64,000 bases of DNA from Aquirufa sp. Lineage in GTDB: Bacteria; Bacteroidota; Bacteroidia; Cytophagales; Spirosomataceae. Of this stretch, positions 59,581 through 64,000 are shown in pieces. Position numbers and translations under genes: made by a program. Positions within the stretch are counted from its first letter, which is position 1, and each line of letters starts with the position of its first letter. The notes under the pieces are model-generated. The model was not told the origin of the DNA, did no database searches, and saw only the letters and a list, made by a program, of their open reading frames with translations. The stretch lies in the NCBI RefSeq assembly GCF_044377215.1, contig NZ_JBILJM010000010.1:13276-77275 (forward strand), given 5' to 3'.

Positions 59581-60471
59581 TTACTTTGATTTATAAAGTT
59601 CAAATTGTTCGGCAATTTTAGCCGACGCCACATCCCCAGCATGCACTAATACACGGTATTTTAACTGAATCGTTTGCCCTTTTTTTAAGGTTGTTTCTTT
59701 ATCGTTTGCTGGCCAATACATAGGTGTTGGTGAAAAGAAACCATAATCACGGGTGAACCATGGTGAAGGATACCATTCGTTAGAAGGGTGCTGCATGATA
59801 GCCATGCCTTCAATTTTATCGCCCCGTTTGCCATAAAAATCTATCCAAGGTGATCTTTTACCAAATGTTCCTTTTTCTCCTTTATCGCCATTGGCATTAA
59901 CCATAGTGCCACCATTTGTTACAGCAAGGTCAGCATCCATACGACCGCTAAACAGAGAATGGTTCGTTTTATCTATTGTTACATCCATGAGCATTTCCAT
60001 AGTAATATCGAAATCAATTTGAAAAAGATCATTGGAAGGTGCCGTAATCGTAATCTTACGAAAATCTTTTATGGGTGAGTTGGCATTTGGTCTACGCCAA
60101 ATATTTTCAGTTTCAATGACAACTTTATCATTTCCTGATTCAATAATATCTGCTCTCAAAGAAATTATTTGTCCTCTTTCGAGTCCTTCTTGCCAGTAGT
60201 TGCCACCATTTACCTTATCACACCCAAAAAACAAGGAACTGTGATGTGGATAATTTCCATTTCTCATGGATGTAACACTGCTATTGGAAGGCCCATTTAC
60301 TGGAAAAAAGAATGGGTATTTTTCGTCTTCAGAAAAAATATAACTCGTAAAAAGGTTTTTGTTGATAAGAACATCAATTTTAGAGTGATATTTTTCAGCC
60401 ACTATTTTTGTCTGTCCGAAAGAGGATATACATGTTCCCCAAAATAATAGGACAATAAATTTCGTTTTCAT
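59581..60471 (-). CDS. DUF6807 ('PmoA-family') secreted protein
   Basis: YPFFFPV, YPHHSSLFF...VNGGNYW, HPSN...W.TRDYG and LKYRVLVHAG. Confidence 0.78.
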   Translation of the reverse strand: MKTKFIVLLFWGTCISSFGQTKIVAEKYHSKIDVLINKNLFTSYIFSEDEKYPFFFPVNGPSNSSVTSMRNGNYPHHSSLFFGCDKVNGGNYWQEGLERGQIISLRADIIESGNDKVVIETENIWRRPNANSPIKDFRKITITAPSNDLFQIDFDITMEMLMDVTIDKTNHSLFSGRMDADLAVTNGGTMVNANGDKGEKGTFGKRSPWIDFYGKRGDKIEGMAIMQHPSNEWYPSPWFTRDYGFFSPTPMYWPANDKETTLKKGQTIQLKYRVLVHAGDVASAKIAEQFELYKSK

Positions 60472-60473
60472 GA

Positions 60474-61826
60474 TTAATAACTAGTTTTAGCCAATTCTAA
60501 GGCTTTTGTGGTGATAAAATATTTCAAAAGCATATTAGGAACTTCCCATTCTGGCAATTGATTTTTTGCTTGAAATTGCAAGAAACGGTCCATTACTTCA
60601 CCAAAGTGTGCTTCATGTCCAGTGCGATAAATAGATGGAATTTCAACTAGCCATTCCGTATTTTTTTTGATAAGCTCAATTCCCGGGTATTTACGTTTTA
60701 GATTCTCAAAACCTTGAATCAATTCTTTTTCAGAAATGTTTACTGGTTGTACATATACTTGAGGGATGAATTTTTCAGCCTTCCCTTGTCTTATTTCTAC
60801 ATTTGCTTTGGTTCCTCTCATAACAGAATAATGAGTATCACCCCCTTCTGATGTACTATAATTCCATATTGCACGGAGTTTAGTATGGGTTCCTCTCAAA
60901 CTATAATTGATTTCACCATTGGCAAAAACATTGATTGTTGTATCATTTTTTAGATCTTTTTTCAAGAAATCAGGAAATTGTTTCTTACCTGTAATAAGTG
61001 AAAATTGACTCAAAGCAATTGGTGTTGGCCATCTTTTGGCAGTAATATTTTTGATGTCTTTACTACCTAAAGAAACATTCGAAAAACCCGACCATTGAGC
61101 CAAATCAACAAGGTGAACCATTACATCGGCAATACCTTCGCCTTGTTGTGAAACGTCCATAAACCATGTTGGACGAATAAGCGGACTTCCAGAAACATAT
61201 TTATAAAAATAATGGACACTCTCTATCGAAATGGCTGGATTTTCGGCTGTCCCCTTTTCTAATTTTCCAAAAATGGCTGGTATTTCGGATAGTTCTTTTT
61301 GTAAGACTGTGGTAATTTCTGAGCGCTCAGTCATTATATCATAAAGAAGAACATTGTTTTTTTTGGCTTCGACAAATGCTTTTTTTAAAAGTTCATACCC
61401 TTTCGAATCAATACACATAGGTTTGTCTGCCAATATATTCAAGCCCGACTCAGCCGCTTTTAAAATATACTCCGTTTTCTTTAAATTGTTTCCCGCGAGA
61501 ATTAGCACACTATTTTTGGCAGTTGCTCCCTTATTTTCGACAAGCATTTTTTTAAAAAAATCATTTCCTTCATAGACTTTCTCCTGCCATTGAGTAGGAT
61601 TTTTTGCGCGAATATTATAGCTATTGATACGTTTTAAATGGTCCTGTAAATCTTGTCCCATTGGTGCATATACATTTACTTTTGAATTAACATTTTCATA
61701 CATTTTATTTTGAACCAAAGCTGCATGAAAGTGACCGGGGTCAAGGGTTATAAATTTTATTGGCTTTTGAGCAAAAACAACAGAATTTGCCATTACAGTT
61801 AAAATATATATTGATTTATTAAGCAT
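60474..61826 (-). CDS. Gfo/Idh/MocA-related protein with 'putative oxidoreductase C-terminal domain'
   Basis: LDPGHFHAALVQ, LADKPM, LLYDIMTER, QQGEG..DV..HLVD and GHEAHF. Confidence 0.8.
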   Translation of the reverse strand: MLNKSIYILTVMANSVVFAQKPIKFITLDPGHFHAALVQNKMYENVNSKVNVYAPMGQDLQDHLKRINSYNIRAKNPTQWQEKVYEGNDFFKKMLVENKGATAKNSVLILAGNNLKKTEYILKAAESGLNILADKPMCIDSKGYELLKKAFVEAKKNNVLLYDIMTERSEITTVLQKELSEIPAIFGKLEKGTAENPAISIESVHYFYKYVSGSPLIRPTWFMDVSQQGEGIADVMVHLVDLAQWSGFSNVSLGSKDIKNITAKRWPTPIALSQFSLITGKKQFPDFLKKDLKNDTTINVFANGEINYSLRGTHTKLRAIWNYSTSEGGDTHYSVMRGTKANVEIRQGKAEKFIPQVYVQPVNISEKELIQGFENLKRKYPGIELIKKNTEWLVEIPSIYRTGHEAHFGEVMDRFLQFQAKNQLPEWEVPNMLLKYFITTKALELAKTSY

Positions 61827-62020
61827 TGTTTATTTCTTGATACATCTAAATAACTCTTAAATAAAATCACGGAAAAGTTCAATAAATTTCTTAAAAAAGA
61901 AATTTAAAGAGATTCGCAATTCCTTGTGATAAATTTAAAAATTCAGTTTGTAATCGAACATAACACACATTTATAAAACTCTAATAAGAATTCCCATAAT
62001 TTTTTTTAGAAATTTTTAAT

Positions 62021-62062
62021 AAAACTACCGGAAACGTTTTCGAAAACCTTTCCGGTAGTTTT
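62021..62062. promoter_or_regulatory. 42 bp near-perfect palindrome; putative double LacI-family operator
   Basis: AAAACTACCGGAAA-C-GTTTTCGAAAAC-C-TTTCCGGTAGTTTT in the divergent gap before the LacI gene. Confidence 0.7.
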
Positions 62063-62165
62063 CACTTAATATTATTTTATAAAATATAATTTTAACTTAC
62101 TTTTATACATAAATATCAAATCAAAACTGTGGGAAATTCTCATTATTAGAATAATTCAATACTAG

Positions 62166-63320
62166 ATGATTGCTTGTATCAAATGCAATAAGGAAGAGGA
62201 CATCGTTCGATCAGGATTTGTAAGGGGCCGACAAAGACTATATTGCAAAACTTGTGCAATATATTTTTCTATAACACCCTCGAACCAATTAGTTAATAAA
62301 AAGCCACATCAAACAACCATTGTTGATGTGGCAAAAGTATTGGGAGTTTCACCTTCGACTGTTTCCAGGGCATTAAATAATAGCTCAGAAATCAATGAAT
62401 ATACTCGGCAAGAAATTATTAAAGTTGCCAACGAACTAGACTATCGTCCAAATTTGCTAGCACAAAGTCTAAATCGAGGTGAATCACATACCATAGGTGT
62501 AATTATTCCTGATATTCAAAGACCCTTTTTTGCTGGAGTAGTGGCAGGAATTCAGAAAATTGCAACGGCAGCTGGTTACAGAGTAATGATATGTCAATCC
62601 AATGAATCCCATCATACCGAAACACTAAATGTGCAAGCATTAGTTGCAAGTAGGGTAGATGGACTTTTAATAAGTCATACAAAAGAAACAAAGAGTTTCG
62701 AACATGTAAAATTACAACTCAAAAATGGCTTACCAATTGTTCATTTTGATAGGGTATGCGGTGAACTTGATACGGCAAAAGTAATTCAAGAAGATTTTTT
62801 AGGTAGTTTTGCTTTAGTTGAACATTTGATTCAGCAAGGTTGCACCAGAATTGCCGCATGCGCCGGACCTAAAGATTTATTGATTAGCGAAAACCGATTA
62901 AATGGCTATAAAGCAGCATTAGCAAAATATGGGATTCCCATCGATGAGGAACTTATTTTTCATAGTAATTTCAGAGAAGCAGATTCATTGATTGCACTTT
63001 CTAAATGGTTAGATTTATCTCAAAAACCCGATGGAATTTTTACATTACATTATGGAAATGCCATCGAAATGATGGTAGAATTAAAACAAAAAGGCATTAA
63101 AATGCCTAATGAAATTGCGTTGGTGGCATTTGGAGATGACTTGTTGGCTTCATTAATAGAACCATCACTTACCGTTTATAATCAATCTGCATATACAATT
63201 GGACAGGAAGCAGCAAGTATTTTAATTGATAACATAATCAATAAGGACACATTTATACCATATACTAAAACTATCAAAGGCAAATTAATAATCAGACAAT
63301 CCTCACAAAAAACAGGCTAA
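62166..63320 (+). CDS. LacI family regulator with N-terminal C4 zinc ribbon
   Basis: CIKC-x19-CKTC; TIVDVAKVLGVSPSTVSRAL HTH; YRPNLLA hinge; periplasmic-binding-protein-like core. Confidence 0.92.
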   Translation: MIACIKCNKEEDIVRSGFVRGRQRLYCKTCAIYFSITPSNQLVNKKPHQTTIVDVAKVLGVSPSTVSRALNNSSEINEYTRQEIIKVANELDYRPNLLAQSLNRGESHTIGVIIPDIQRPFFAGVVAGIQKIATAAGYRVMICQSNESHHTETLNVQALVASRVDGLLISHTKETKSFEHVKLQLKNGLPIVHFDRVCGELDTAKVIQEDFLGSFALVEHLIQQGCTRIAACAGPKDLLISENRLNGYKAALAKYGIPIDEELIFHSNFREADSLIALSKWLDLSQKPDGIFTLHYGNAIEMMVELKQKGIKMPNEIALVAFGDDLLASLIEPSLTVYNQSAYTIGQEAASILIDNIINKDTFIPYTKTIKGKLIIRQSSQKTG

Positions 63321-63457
63321 GTTTACAGAACATTGGAAGATTTACCCTAGAATGCGCCTTTGAGCACAACGAATACCATTAACTAAGTTGAATAGAGAAT
63401 CTTATGAGAGTCAAAATAATTCCCATTTTGGTAGATCTTTACCAAGTGCAATTAACA

Positions 63458-63496
63458 AGGCAACCTAAGTTATGTTTGTTTAAATCTACTTAACAT
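63458..63496 (-). pseudogene. 13-codon stub of the NrtR gene with a nonsense codon
   Basis: ATGTTAAGTAGATTTAAACAAACATAACTTAGGTTGCCT = MLSRFKQT*LRLP versus intact MLSRFKQTELWLP at 43767. Confidence 0.85.
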
Positions 63497-63750
63497 ATTT
63501 TAGAACAAATGCGCGAATTTGATTCGCAAAAATTACATATCCTTTCTCATTTAAATGAAGCCTATCCGCCACAAAAATATCGGTCATCAATGACCCATCA
63601 GGCAAGAAAAATGGCGAATGCATATCAATATAATATGAACCTTTTGACTGAATCAAGGCATTCAATGCTCTTTGTTTGTCACCCAAAGCCGTTCGAGCTA
63701 AACTCGGCCTTGCCGCTACAAAAACTAATTTTGCGCCTGGCACTTGTTTC
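63459..63750. repeat. Right copy of the ~290 bp degenerate direct repeat
   Basis: Aligns to 43730-44018 at about 83% identity. Confidence 0.92.
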
Positions 63751-64000
63751 GCCAACCGCGCCTTAAATTCATCGTACTCAGCCGCAATTAACTCAGGTGT
63801 TTTCCCCTTCGCCAAATCGTTATCTCCCTCATACATAATCACCCACTTCGGTTGATATTTCACCACCATGCGATCAAAATAATACAAGGCATCCGCTAAC
63901 GTAGAACCACCAAATCCCCGATTAAATGCAGGTGGTAATCCCTGCATATCCGTGGCAAAAGTCTTCCACAGACGAAAACTAGAAGAACCAATAAAAAGAA
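63486..64000 (-). CDS. SGNH/GDSL hydrolase (5' end beyond the window)
   Basis: Frame is open to the window edge: FIGSSS (block I), NRGFGGS (II), YEGDND (III), DRLHLN (V). Confidence 0.9.
   Translation of the reverse strand, partial: LFIGSSSFRLWKTFATDMQGLPPAFNRGFGGSTLADALYYFDRMVVKYQPKWVIMYEGDNDLAKGKTPELIAAEYDEFKARLAKQVPGAKLVFVAARPSLARTALGDKQRALNALIQSKGSYYIDMHSPFFLPDGSLMTDIFVADRLHLNEKGYVIFANQIRAFVLKYVK

Larger units (their letters stand above)
44019..63458. mobile_element. ~19.4 kb AT-rich genomic island between the direct repeats; no integrase or transposase
   Basis: Flanking duplication; visibly lower GC (sample lines ~32% versus ~50% in the backbone); self-contained gene set. Confidence 0.8.

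Noticed and set aside
59581-60471. 'PmoA family' label suggesting methane monooxygenase
   Set aside because: The protein is a soluble secreted DUF6807-type sequence with no multi-TM pMMO features and no pmoB/pmoC nearby
62166-62270. IS1 element at the LacI gene
   Set aside because: Only a zinc-ribbon motif fused in frame to LacI; no InsB/DDE domain, terminal inverted repeats or target duplication seen
63321-63457. Further decayed nrtR sequence beyond codon 13
   Set aside because: Only patchy AT-rich similarity that cannot be distinguished from chance without alignment statistics
1-64000. Many 60-150 aa ORFs in the supplied track (e.g. 3155-3619, 29571-29825, 44606-45007)
   Set aside because: They are antisense or alternate-frame shadows of well-supported genes with no recognisable motifs
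1-64000. CRISPR array, tRNA, rRNA, integrase, defence system
   Set aside because: No regularly spaced repeats, cloverleaf or rRNA-like sequence, recombinase motifs or recognisable defence genes were found by eye; intergenic gaps are short

Overview
Bacteroidota (Cytophagales-like, probably a streamlined freshwater Aquirufa-type genome; taxonomy is inference from gene content and recurring TAnnTTTG promoter boxes). Bases 1-43.8 kb are housekeeping backbone: efp end-accB-accC, rplM-rpsI-rpsB-tsf, a dcw fragment (murD-ftsW-murG-murC-ftsQ-ftsA, no ftsZ), DEAD helicase, gmhA, lemA-TPM-TPM, ptrB, prmC, a GMC/DUF1080 3-ketoglycoside-type module, rimO, moeB-like, rpmB, transporters, Nif3/Zn-ribbon, accD, a T9SS metalloprotease, yebC and an NrtR-type regulator. 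Bases ~44.0-63.46 kb are a visibly AT-richer ~19.4 kb island with no integrase. It is bracketed by a degenerate ~290 bp direct repeat (about 83% identity by manual alignment; 43730-44018 and 63459-63750) spanning the junction of a GDSL hydrolase gene and the NrtR gene. The left copy keeps NrtR intact and has a frameshifted GDSL remnant; the right copy keeps GDSL intact and has a nonsense-mutated NrtR stub. The island carries a LacI-regulated SusC/SusD locus with one GH20, two Gfo/Idh/MocA-type oxidoreductases and a DUF6807 protein, plus a functionally uncharacterised exported CxxCH-protein module (PSCyt1/DUF1549/LamG/DUF1553 + DUF1501 + DUF2231-cytochrome-LRR + truncated beta-propeller). This island is the best candidate for an undescribed system. 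No rRNA, tRNA or CRISPR array was seen.
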